Below, one piece after another: positions 47,601 through 56,951 of a stretch of DNA of 64,000 nt (positions are counted from its first letter, which is position 1; each line of letters begins with the position of its first letter). Position numbers and translations under genes: made by a program. The notes under the pieces were generated by a model that saw only the letters and a list, made by a program, of their open reading frames with translations, searched no databases and had not been told where the DNA came from. The stretch comes from Microcoleus sp. (GTDB lineage: Bacteria > Cyanobacteriota > Cyanobacteriia > Cyanobacteriales > Microcoleaceae), in the NCBI GenBank assembly GCA_052279835.1, contig CP181291.1, positions 2,624,001-2,688,000 on the forward strand, written 5' to 3'.

Positions 47601-48392
47601 TTACTGAAGTTGGCGCTGCTCACGATACAAGCGGAGGGCGTAAACTCCGGCGGCAGTTGACTGCAATTCTTTAATTACCGCTGCCATTTCGATCGGCAAT
47701 TCTGCAATTTTTGATACCATAACAGGATGTTCCGGTGGCAGTAAAACCGGAGCTGCTAGCGCTGCAAAAGTTATGTCTGCTGCGGATATTGTATCGCCCA
47801 CTAAATAGGTTTTGCCGCCTGCTAATCTTCGATCGACAATCTCGAAAATTTCTTTGATTCCTTGCAGCGCCTTGGCGGCGGAATCTACTGTTATGTTGTA
47901 GCGTTGCCGTATTGTACTGCTAAGGAACGGAAAGATTATTTCAAACCCAAGACGCTCTAGTTGAGGCGTACCGCTGCACCAACCAGTTCGCATTGTTTGG
48001 CGATCGCCCGATCGATAAAAATATCCCCAATTGCGAGTATCTGCTCCCAGTCTAGCATCAAATAACTCTTCAAGTTCTTCGACTTCTCGGCGCAATTCAG
48101 GCTCTTTTGGATACAAACCGTGGCTTTCTGGATTGAGAGTATCGAGGTAATGCAAAATATCTGTTGAATCAATAAAGTTCCCAGATTTGGCAACTAAAAT
48201 GGGAACGCTGCTTCCTCCGTGTTTGCGGGTAGCCCAGAGGTGAAAAGCTGGTACGTGTCTTTCTTCTATGTAGGGGATTTTTAGTAAATCCAGGGCCCAC
48301 CGCACTTTTTCGCAGTAGTGACTGATGGGGATGGTGATGAGGCGGACAACTTCGGTATTGGCAATGGTTGAATGATGATTCATTGAAGTCAT
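47601..48392 (-). CDS. glutathione S-transferase family protein
   Basis: SHYCEKVRWAL, SVPIL, DSTDI, YLVGDTISAADI. Confidence 0.88.
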   Translation of the reverse strand: MTSMNHHSTIANTEVVRLITIPISHYCEKVRWALDLLKIPYIEERHVPAFHLWATRKHGGSSVPILVAKSGNFIDSTDILHYLDTLNPESHGLYPKEPELRREVEELEELFDARLGADTRNWGYFYRSGDRQTMRTGWCSGTPQLERLGFEIIFPFLSSTIRQRYNITVDSAAKALQGIKEIFEIVDRRLAGGKTYLVGDTISAADITFAALAAPVLLPPEHPVMVSKIAELPIEMAAVIKELQSTAAGVYALRLYREQRQLQ

Positions 48393-48487
48393 TTAGTTGT
48401 GTAAATGTTGGCAGTTTTTGGGCTGTGGTATTATTTGTGATGCGGAAAATTAGCAGAGCCTAGTAACGAGTAGAAATTGCTCTTTTA

Positions 48488-48501
48488 AGACCGAACGGTC
48501 T
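48488..48501. promoter_or_regulatory. putative TetR operator upstream of GST
   Basis: AGACCG-AA-CGGTCT palindrome; related AGACTTATCGGTCT at 49132-49145 upstream of the TetR gene. Confidence 0.65.
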
Positions 48502-48528
48502 GTTGGATGGTAAAAAAAATATCCGGTT

Positions 48529-49116
48529 CTAAATTAGACTGTCGAGATATCTGTGCAAGTGAGCAACTGCTCTGTTGACGTGAATTGCATCTCCGTAAAG
48601 TTTGCTCATCATCACTGCCCCTTCTAGGGTTGAAATCATTATAGTTGCGACTGCATCAGCTTCGACGTTTTCTCGCACCTCACCTTTGGCAATTCCTTTG
48701 TTAATAATTTTGCAAATCAAAGCGCGCCAACCATTCATTGCTATTTGCACCCGCTGACGCAAAGCTGGATGAGCGTCATCGCTTTCGACTGCTGTATTTA
48801 ACAGGGGACAACCGCCGGGAATTGGAGGATTTTCGGCAAATGTGCTAAATAAAGATATAACAGCTTTTAGCCGATCGACCGAATTGTGTTTTCCTTTCAA
48901 GGCTGTGATATATTGTTTCCGCATACATTCAGCCGCAAAGTCAAAAGCTTCTAGGGCTAATTCATCTTTACTCTTGAAATGGTTATAAATTCCTCCTTTT
49001 TGCAAGCCTGTAACGCGCATAATGTCAGACATAGATGAACCTGAGTAGCCGTACTGGTTGAACAGTGCTGCGGCTTCCCTGAGAATTTTTTCTCTGGTTT
49101 CTTGAGCTTTTGACAT
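48529..49116 (-). CDS. TetR/AcrR family regulator (NemR-like subgroup)
   Basis: HTH GLQKGGIYNHFKSKDEL; GGCPLLN. Confidence 0.92.
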   Translation of the reverse strand: MSKAQETREKILREAAALFNQYGYSGSSMSDIMRVTGLQKGGIYNHFKSKDELALEAFDFAAECMRKQYITALKGKHNSVDRLKAVISLFSTFAENPPIPGGCPLLNTAVESDDAHPALRQRVQIAMNGWRALICKIINKGIAKGEVRENVEADAVATIMISTLEGAVMMSKLYGDAIHVNRAVAHLHRYLDSLI

Positions 49117-49292
49117 TTTTATGGAGCTAACAGACTTATCGGTCTTTTCTAGATAATAGCAGAGGCAACTGTGAATGGCAAGGGGCGATCGGCAATTAAT
49201 TTAAAGCCGATAACAAATAACAAATTTAACAAATTCAACAAAAAAAATAGGCTAGCCATATTTCACAGCGCCTATCTCAATCCATTTATAAG

Positions 49293-49480
49293 GGTTCCCC
49301 GCAACGCCGTCTTACCTCAGCTTTTGACCTGGTATTTTACCAGGTGGGCACCGTTGGCTCGGACTTAAAGTTTCTGGGTACAAGCCCAGTTTACTGCTGT
49401 CCAAACATCTTGATTCCCGAAAGTTAAGAGTTATAGATCAAAAAAACATTATTGGCAGTCACCAACGTCGCAGTAGAACC
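49293..49480 (-). ncRNA. ssrS: 6S RNA
   Basis: 5' GGTTCTACTGCGACGTTGGT pairs with 3' ACGGCGTTGCGGGGAACC; ~188 nt; lies directly downstream of purK, the known cyanobacterial 6S synteny. Confidence 0.85.
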
Positions 49481-49530
49481 TGTATTTAATATATACCCAC
49501 TAACTCGATTTTGGCAACTCTTCCATCCAT

Positions 49531-50703
49531 CTAATTTGCATTCCAGATAGATTCAATGGTTTGAGCGATCGCCTCTGCTGGCGATCGCCCACGATCCAAC
49601 GCTTCCTCATCCAGCAAAACAGTAACGTGACCCAGTTTGCGGCCCGGACGCGATACTTTCTTACCATACCAATGCACAAAACCACCCTCGATTTGTGCCA
49701 GTTGTTTTCGTTTTTCTAAATAGTCGGACTCAGCCGATTCATAGCCGAGTAAATTTACCATCACAGCACCAGCAGAGATTAAATCGCAATTGCCTAAAGG
49801 CAGTTGACAAACTGCACGCAAATGTTGTTCAAATTGTGAAGTTTTGCAAGCATCGATGGTAAAGTGTCCAGAATTGTGCGTGCGCGGTGCAATTTCGTTT
49901 ACCAATAGTTGATTGTCGGCGGTTAAAAATAGTTCAATGCCGAATACGCCCACAGCTTGTAAACTATTGAGGAGAGTACGGGCGATCGCCTCAGCTTGGG
50001 CTTCAATCTCCAAACTAATCCGGGCAGGTGCGATCGCCAGACGACAAACCTGATTTTCCTGTTGAGTTTCCACGATCGGGTAAATTGCAATTTCACCGTT
50101 GGCAGATCGAGCTGCAATTACAGCCAATTCGCGATCGAAAGGCACAAACTCTTCCACCAACAAAGCTACACCTTTGAGGTTAATACAAATCGACTCCAGA
50201 CTCGCTGAATCTTTGACCACAAAAGTACCTTGACCATCATAACCGTGGCGGCGAACTTTGATAACCAAGGGAAAATCCAAGGGCAAATCCTGGCTACAAT
50301 CCCATTGCCAAAACGACGGAGTGGGTAAACCCAAATCTTGTAAATAACAGCGCTGCACGTACTTATCCAACAAAGGATCTAGAGAGGACAAACTAGGCTG
50401 AAATAAAACACCTTGCCTTTCTAGCGTCCGCAAACCATCCAAATTCACAAACTCATTTTCAAAAGTAATAACATCAGAGCGAGTGGCTAATTCAGCAGTA
50501 GCATTAACATCATCAATTGCCGCCAAAACAGTATCACTAGCAATAGAATTTGCCGGGTCAGTAGCCTGGGGAGTTTGCACCACCAATTCAATACCCAGCT
50601 TACTAGCAGCAGACCCCATCATCCAAGCTAGTTGACCGCCGCCGACAACACCCACCCGCTTAATTTTAGGAGATGTACTGGCAGTGGATGGAGTAAATTT
50701 CAT
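49531..50703 (-). CDS. purK: N5-CAIR synthase
   Basis: GGGQLAWM, TFENE, GYDGQG, NEIAPRTHNSGH, RKLGHV. Confidence 0.96.
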   Translation of the reverse strand: MKFTPSTASTSPKIKRVGVVGGGQLAWMMGSAASKLGIELVVQTPQATDPANSIASDTVLAAIDDVNATAELATRSDVITFENEFVNLDGLRTLERQGVLFQPSLSSLDPLLDKYVQRCYLQDLGLPTPSFWQWDCSQDLPLDFPLVIKVRRHGYDGQGTFVVKDSASLESICINLKGVALLVEEFVPFDRELAVIAARSANGEIAIYPIVETQQENQVCRLAIAPARISLEIEAQAEAIARTLLNSLQAVGVFGIELFLTADNQLLVNEIAPRTHNSGHFTIDACKTSQFEQHLRAVCQLPLGNCDLISAGAVMVNLLGYESAESDYLEKRKQLAQIEGGFVHWYGKKVSRPGRKLGHVTVLLDEEALDRGRSPAEAIAQTIESIWNAN

Positions 50704-50786
50704 CTGACTAATTTTCAATATGTTAACCTGACTATTTTATAACAAAAAGTAACGACATAAATATCCTGTAGGGGCGGTAACACCAA

Positions 50787-50863
50787 CAATAGACATCTCC
50801 TAAAAAGACAGTCAAAAACAGGCAGGATGCCTATTCCACAACAATTATGGGAGATGTCTATTG
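50787..50863. repeat. short MITE-like element with 14-bp inverted ends
   Basis: CAATAGACATCTCC ... GGAGATGTCTATTG. Confidence 0.65.
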
Positions 50864-51089
50864 AATCTAAGAATCAGCCCAGCATCCAGGATCTAGGAAA
50901 GTTTTTAATCCTGGCACTGGTTGACCCATCTCTAACAGCAGCCAATCCCGGACGATCGAGAAAAGTGCCACATCTAGCAATTCCCTAGCGCCAAGCATGG
51001 CATAATTGAGGGCACTGCAAAAAGCAGATAGATAAGTACCAACACTGCAAAGTGGCCATTCAGGCAAAAAAATTATAGGTGAGGATGCT

Positions 51090-52373
51090 GTGAAAGTTTT
51101 GGTTGTGGGGAACGGAGGTCGCGAACACGCGATCGCAAAAAAACTGCTCGAATCAACGCGGATTAAACAAGTCTTCTGCGTACCAGGCAACGGCGGCACA
51201 GCTACCACCAACGGCTGCCAAAATTTGTCACTCAACATCGACGACTTCCAAGGCATGGAACGCTTTGTGATGGTCAACAACATCGGACTTGTCATCGTCG
51301 GGCCCGAATTGCCCCTATCACTAGGCATCGTTGACTACTTCCAACAGAAAAAACTCATGGTTTTCGGCCCTACCAAAGCCGGAGCCCAAATTGAGTCGAG
51401 CAAATCCTGGGCGAAGGAATTAATGCTCGAAGCCGGAATCCCAACACCCAAAGCAGCCGTATTCACCAACCCAGAAGCAGCCAAAGCATACGTTGTTGAA
51501 CAAGGAACCCCGATCGTCATCAAAGCAGACGGACTGGCATCAGGCAAAGGAGTCACCGTTGCCACCACTGTAAAAATGGCTCACACCGCCATCAACACCA
51601 TTTTTCGCGGCGAATTTGGCACCGACAACATCCGAGTCGTAGTCGAAGAATATATAACAGGTCAAGAAGTATCGATTCTCGCCCTCACCGACGGCATTAC
51701 AGTAGAACCCCTGGTCCCCGCCCAAGACCACAAAGCCATCGGCGAAGGTGACAAGGGAGCCAACACCGGGGGCATGGGAGCCTATGCACCAGCACCGATT
51801 GTCACCCCAGAGCTCATGGACAGGATTCAAATAGAAATTTTGGAACCCACCCTCGCAGCTTTGCAAAAACGCAAAATCGACTATCGGGGCGTACTCTACG
51901 CAGGTTTAATGATTACACCCGAAGGAGAACCAAAAGTCTTAGAATTCAACTGCCGCTTTGGAGATCCCGAAACCCAAGCCGTGTTGTCTCTACTGGAAAC
52001 CCCCCTAGAAGACTTGCTGCTAGCCTGCTGCCAACAGCGTTTAGGAGATTTTTCGGACATTCGCTGGAAGTCCGGGGCTTCGGTTTGCGTCGTTTTAGCC
52101 TCTGGGGGTTATCCTGGAAATTTCCAAAAAGGCAAAACTATTACAGGCATTGAGGAAGCCGAAGCCAAAGGTGCAGAAGTCTTTCATGCTGGCACTCAGT
52201 TGAAGCAGCAGCAGTTAGTCAGCGACGGTGGTCGGGTTTTGGGTGTCACTGCTGTGGGAGAAACATTGGAACAAGCTATTGCTAAAGCTTACGAGGCGGT
52301 AGATTGTATTCAGTTTGAAGGGGTTTACTGTCGGCGCGACATCGGCCGTCGAGCTTTGGCAGATAAAAATTAG
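51090..52373 (+). CDS. purD: phosphoribosylamine--glycine ligase
   Basis: GNGGREHA, KADGLASGKGV, NTGGMGAY, EFNCRFGDPE. Confidence 0.97.
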   Translation: MKVLVVGNGGREHAIAKKLLESTRIKQVFCVPGNGGTATTNGCQNLSLNIDDFQGMERFVMVNNIGLVIVGPELPLSLGIVDYFQQKKLMVFGPTKAGAQIESSKSWAKELMLEAGIPTPKAAVFTNPEAAKAYVVEQGTPIVIKADGLASGKGVTVATTVKMAHTAINTIFRGEFGTDNIRVVVEEYITGQEVSILALTDGITVEPLVPAQDHKAIGEGDKGANTGGMGAYAPAPIVTPELMDRIQIEILEPTLAALQKRKIDYRGVLYAGLMITPEGEPKVLEFNCRFGDPETQAVLSLLETPLEDLLLACCQQRLGDFSDIRWKSGASVCVVLASGGYPGNFQKGKTITGIEEAEAKGAEVFHAGTQLKQQQLVSDGGRVLGVTAVGETLEQAIAKAYEAVDCIQFEGVYCRRDIGRRALADKN

Positions 52374-52535
52374 GAATTTCGACATCGGCCACTTGCGGGA
52401 AGTCAAGCAATCTCAAAGTAGAAGTGTCACAATAAATCTGGGTTCTTTTCAGTGGCGGCAGTGTACTCATTCAGTGTACAAAGGCTGAGGAAAAGCCACT
52501 TTATTTAATTCTACTTTAAAATTTTAACTGGTAAA

Positions 52536-54710
52536 ATGTTGGCCATACTAAACAAAATCGGAGAAATTATTGCTCGCTGGTGGTCGGAGTTTACCCTCCA
52601 GACTCGTCTGATGGCCGGTGCTACCCTCGTAGTTTCCTTAATTATGAGCGGTCTGACATTCTGGGCCGTCAATACTATCCAACAAGATGCCAGACTTAAT
52701 GATACCCGCTACGGTCGTGACCTGGGTCTGCTGTTATCGGCTAATGTGGCTCCCCTGATTGCCAAAAACGACCGCTCGGAGGTTGCTCGTTTTTCCCGTC
52801 AATTTTATAGCAGTACCTCTAGCGTCCGCTATATGCTCTACGCTGACGAAGCAGGGGATATTTTTCTGGGGATACCTTTCTCGGAATCGGAGGTGCAAAC
52901 TTCCTTGACTTTGCGACGTCAGATTAAACTTCCCGATAGTTTTATCGCTGATATTGAGGCGAGAAATTTAACTTCTGTGCCTTTGGTGCGACAACATTTG
53001 ACTCCTGATGGAGAAGTTACTGATGTCTTTGTTCCTCTAATTCATGAAGATAAATATTTGGGAGTTTTGGCGATCGGGATTAATCCCAATCCCGCTGCTG
53101 TCATCTCTTCCAATTTGACCAGAGATGTCACTTTAGCAGTATTTGTGACTATTTGGGTCATGGTAATTTTGGGTGCTGTATTTAATGCGCTGACGATTAC
53201 TCAACCAATTAAACAATTAGTTTTGGGAGTCAAAAACATTGCCAGTGGAAACTTTAAGCAGCGAGTTGACTTGCCTTTGGGTGGAGAATTGGGCGAGTTG
53301 ATTGGCAGTTTTAATGAGATGGCTCAGAAACTGGAAAGTTATGAAGAACAAAATATTGAAGAATTAACAGCGGAAAAAGCTAAGCTAGAAACTTTGGTTT
53401 CAACGATTGCTGATGGGGCGCTTTTGTTAGATGCCAATTTGCAGGTGATTTTAGTTAATCCGACGGGAAGGCGGATTTTTGGATGGGAAGGCAAAAATGC
53501 GATCGGAGTTAATGTCCTGCAAATTTTGCCTGCGGAAGTGCAGCAGGAATTGGCGAGACCCCTTCACCAAATAGCTGCGGGCGATCGCGAAGGTGGCGAA
53601 TTTCGGATCTCGATGATGGAACCCATAAACCGCACCATTCGGATTGTATTAACTACTGTAATTCTCCACAAAGCACCAGGCACAGAATCTCTCTGCCAAA
53701 GCTGTATCCGCGACGATGAAAATACCTGTAATGAACCGGAGCGCCCGGAGGTTGTGGAATGTACTTTCTACGAACAAACATCGAAATATCAAGGTTCTGG
53801 GCAGTACCGGGATAGTCTTAAAGGTATTGCGATGACCGTGCAGGACATCACGCGGGAAGTGGAACTAAATGAAGCTAAAAGCAATTTTATTAGCAATGTT
53901 TCTCACGAATTGAGAACGCCTTTGTTTAATATCAAATCTTTTATTGAAACTCTCTACGAATACGGAGAAGACCTTCAAGAAAGTGAGCGGCGGGAGTTTC
54001 TGGAAATTGCTAATCGAGAAACCGATCGACTAACTCGGTTAGTTAACGATGTGCTAGACTTATCGCGGCTGGAATCCTGTCGAGTTTATCAATTGGACGC
54101 AGTGGATTTGTCTCAAGCTGTCGAACAAACCCTACGCACTTATAAATTGAATGCGAAGGATAAAGGTATTGAACTGGAACAAGATGTTGACCCGAATTTG
54201 CCCTCGGCTTTAGGTCATTACGATTTGCTGCTACAAGTATTGGCAAATTTAGTGGGAAATGCTTTGAAATTTACTTCGGCTGGTGGTAGGGTTGCTATTC
54301 GAGCTTACCTGCTAGACGCTGAGACTGAAAACCACAATGATACTGCTTCGGGACACCACAACCTATCATCGGAATCACACAATTTTCCGGCGGTGCGCAT
54401 CGAAATTTCTGATACTGGGATTGGCATAGATCCCGAAGACCAACAGGCAATTTTCGAGCGCTTTTTTAGGGTAGAAAACAGGGTTCACACTTTAGAAGGA
54501 ACCGGATTAGGTCTTTCTATTGTCAGAAACATTATTGACAAGCACCACACTAAAATTAATTTAGTTAGCGAAGTTAATGTGGGTACGACTTTCTGGTTTG
54601 ATTTGGCAGTTTATCAGCCGAAAAAAACCTTAGAAATTGAAAATTCTTGGCCAGTTGAGGTAAAAATTGAGAGTGAAATAAGTTCTAGTCATGTTAATAC
54701 TAATTATTAA
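52536..54710 (+). CDS. nblS: sensor histidine kinase NblS/Hik33/DspA
   Basis: WWSEFTLQTRLM N-terminus, TM-HAMP-PAS, NVSHELRTPLFNIKSFIETL, ENRVHTLEGTGLGL; follows purD. Confidence 0.92.
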   Translation: MLAILNKIGEIIARWWSEFTLQTRLMAGATLVVSLIMSGLTFWAVNTIQQDARLNDTRYGRDLGLLLSANVAPLIAKNDRSEVARFSRQFYSSTSSVRYMLYADEAGDIFLGIPFSESEVQTSLTLRRQIKLPDSFIADIEARNLTSVPLVRQHLTPDGEVTDVFVPLIHEDKYLGVLAIGINPNPAAVISSNLTRDVTLAVFVTIWVMVILGAVFNALTITQPIKQLVLGVKNIASGNFKQRVDLPLGGELGELIGSFNEMAQKLESYEEQNIEELTAEKAKLETLVSTIADGALLLDANLQVILVNPTGRRIFGWEGKNAIGVNVLQILPAEVQQELARPLHQIAAGDREGGEFRISMMEPINRTIRIVLTTVILHKAPGTESLCQSCIRDDENTCNEPERPEVVECTFYEQTSKYQGSGQYRDSLKGIAMTVQDITREVELNEAKSNFISNVSHELRTPLFNIKSFIETLYEYGEDLQESERREFLEIANRETDRLTRLVNDVLDLSRLESCRVYQLDAVDLSQAVEQTLRTYKLNAKDKGIELEQDVDPNLPSALGHYDLLLQVLANLVGNALKFTSAGGRVAIRAYLLDAETENHNDTASGHHNLSSESHNFPAVRIEISDTGIGIDPEDQQAIFERFFRVENRVHTLEGTGLGLSIVRNIIDKHHTKINLVSEVNVGTTFWFDLAVYQPKKTLEIENSWPVEVKIESEISSSHVNTNY

Positions 54711-54729
54711 AACTCATGCAACAGTACCT

Positions 54730-54932
54730 GGGATCATCCCGATTTTGCATAGGCGAAGCATGACCGCCGACAATTTATTAGTGATAACTAGAAATATACA
54801 GCGGTGATGCTTCGCCCCTACGAATATATAGCAATCCTAAATCATTTGTGAATTTCTTACTCCCTCCCCGAACTCGCAGTCCGGGTTGGGGTGGGGTAAA
54901 AATATTTACGACTCCTGCAAGGATTGCTATAT
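54730..54932. mobile_element. abutting repeats: REP-like hairpin (54730-54830) and MITE with ATATAGCAATCCT inverted ends (54826-54932)
   Basis: ATATAGCAATCCT...AGGATTGCTATAT; the first element is the inverted homolog of 41785-41884. Confidence 0.7.
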
Positions 54933-55039
54933 TTGCAAAACACAGATCCACCCACAGTAGCTCGGCTGGTGCCACTCCCTTCTTTCATCGTTAGAACCCC
55001 GACTTCTTAAAAAAGTCGGGGCGGTAATTAGATTGCGAC

Positions 55040-55939
55040 TTAAGAAAGGCTTTTTCTAGCACGTTCGGCTCTTTCTTCTGCGGTATCCATCACGTCCGCC
55101 ATCTTTTCCACTATTTCCCCTGGATAATTTTCCAAAATCCGGGTAGAAAGCGAAATTCTGCCCCGGCTTTCATCGAGGTCAATCACTATTGCTTTCAAGA
55201 TTTGACCTGGAGAAAACACCTGGGAAAGGTTTTCAATATATTTTTGGCTGACTTGCTTGATGTGCAGCAAACCGCTAATTCCTTCCATGTCTATAAACAC
55301 GCCGAAAGGCTTAATGCTGCTGACTTTTCCTTCTACTAATTGACCGATTTGTAACTGACTGAAGGCAGAGGATTGAGTTGCTAGGCGCTGGGAAAGTACC
55401 AGTTTTTGTCGCTCTTGGTCTATTTCCAAGAAGCTGACAGTCAAAGCTTGACCGACGAGGGATTCTATGTTATCTCGATCGATTAAGTGCGATCGGGGAA
55501 TAAAGCCACGCATTCCCTGGACATCCACCGTCACGCCGCCCTTATTTGCCCCCGAAACCCGCACTTGAAGCACCTTGCCACTTTCCTGCAATTCCATGAG
55601 CCCTTCCCAGGCTTCCTGAATTTGTAGCTGTCGCAGAGACAAAGTAACTTGGCCATCTGCATCTTGTTCGCGGATAATTAAAAAATCCCGTTCCTCTTGC
55701 AAAGGCACGACTTCCGACAAATTCGCGATGGTTCTCAAAGCAGCTTCTTGGATGGGTAAAAACGCCGAAGACTTGCCACCGATATCAACATACGCACCAT
55801 TTGAGTCGTGCTCCAAGACTTTGCCACGCACAACTTGTCCCTTCTGAAACTCGTAATTGTGCTGTTCAAGGGCTTTTGCAAAATCGTCCATTGAAAAGGA
55901 TGCTTTTGCGCTTTGAGAACCTGTAGATTTGGAATTCAT
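55040..55939 (-). CDS. S1-domain RNA-binding protein (cyanobacterial Rps1b-type)
   Basis: Three S1 domains (AYVDIGGKS, GFIPRSHL, GLLHIKQVS). Confidence 0.88.
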   Translation of the reverse strand: MNSKSTGSQSAKASFSMDDFAKALEQHNYEFQKGQVVRGKVLEHDSNGAYVDIGGKSSAFLPIQEAALRTIANLSEVVPLQEERDFLIIREQDADGQVTLSLRQLQIQEAWEGLMELQESGKVLQVRVSGANKGGVTVDVQGMRGFIPRSHLIDRDNIESLVGQALTVSFLEIDQERQKLVLSQRLATQSSAFSQLQIGQLVEGKVSSIKPFGVFIDMEGISGLLHIKQVSQKYIENLSQVFSPGQILKAIVIDLDESRGRISLSTRILENYPGEIVEKMADVMDTAEERAERARKSLS

Positions 55940-55946
55940 GTAAGTT

Positions 55947-56003
55947 TAGTTGTCAGTTATCAGTTGTCAGTTGTCAATTGTCAGTTGTCAGTTGTCAGTT
56001 GTT
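55947..56003. repeat. STRR heptamer tract (AGTTGTC)
   Basis: Directly visible tandem 7-mers. Confidence 0.9.
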
Positions 56004-56048
56004 GGTAGAAAATTTTCCCCGTCTCCACATCTCCCATTCTCCTCATCT

Positions 56049-56795
56049 CTAAACAGGTTGAAGTTCCTGTTGAAATAGATGCTTGACTTGCTCCCACGAT
56101 TCGGCTGCTGCGGTAGCGTCATAACTGCCGCGGTGGTTGCAGAAGAAACCGTGATCGGCATTGTAGCGGAAAATTCGGTGAGAAATATGATGTTTTTCCA
56201 ATTCTGTGGCAATTCGATCGACTTGTTCTGAAGGAATGCTGGCATCTTGAATGCCGTAAAAGCCGTAGAGAGTGCCTTTAATCTCTGCTGTGCGAGTGAT
56301 GGTGGGGGGGCCACCACCGGGGGTTTGGGTAGCGATACCAGCACCGTAGAATGATGCTGTAGCCTTGATTTCCGGCAAGGTGGCGGCGAGGTAGGCTACG
56401 TGTCCGCCAAAGCAGAAGCCGATGCAGCCAAAGTCTGGTTGGTTCACAACTGGCAAGGTTTTGAGGTAGTCGATGGTGGCTTGGATGTCGCTCAGGAGTT
56501 CGGATGCGGTAGTTTGTTCTTTGTATTTTCTGCCGATTTTGATGTCTTCGGGGGTGTAGCCTGTTTCAAAGCCGGGGGCGAGGCGTTGGTAAATGGCTGG
56601 GGCGATCGCCACATAGCCCTCTTTTGCTATTCTTTCGGTAACTTCGCGGATGTGCGAGTTGACTCCAAAGATTTCTTGAATGACGATAATTGCGGGAAAT
56701 TTTCCTGCTGCTGAGGGTTGGGCTAGGTAGGCGGCGATTTGCAAATCGCCGTTGGGGATTTTGACGTTAGCTGTATGAATTTCTGAGTTGGTCAT
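56049..56795 (-). CDS. dienelactone hydrolase family protein
   Basis: QEIFGVN, GCIGFCFGG, ADHGFFC. Confidence 0.92.
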   Translation of the reverse strand: MTNSEIHTANVKIPNGDLQIAAYLAQPSAAGKFPAIIVIQEIFGVNSHIREVTERIAKEGYVAIAPAIYQRLAPGFETGYTPEDIKIGRKYKEQTTASELLSDIQATIDYLKTLPVVNQPDFGCIGFCFGGHVAYLAATLPEIKATASFYGAGIATQTPGGGPPTITRTAEIKGTLYGFYGIQDASIPSEQVDRIATELEKHHISHRIFRYNADHGFFCNHRGSYDATAAAESWEQVKHLFQQELQPV

Positions 56796-56951
56796 TTGTG
56801 AATGAGATTTTTGTTATTGAACCGCGAAGGCGCGAAGAACACGAAGGAAGAAAAGAGAAGTTTTGTATGAATATTTTTCCTATTATACCAAGATTTTGGG
56901 ATGAAGATTTTTTTGTTTTGGGACTCTGCGTGTCTTGGCGGTTGGTTAATT

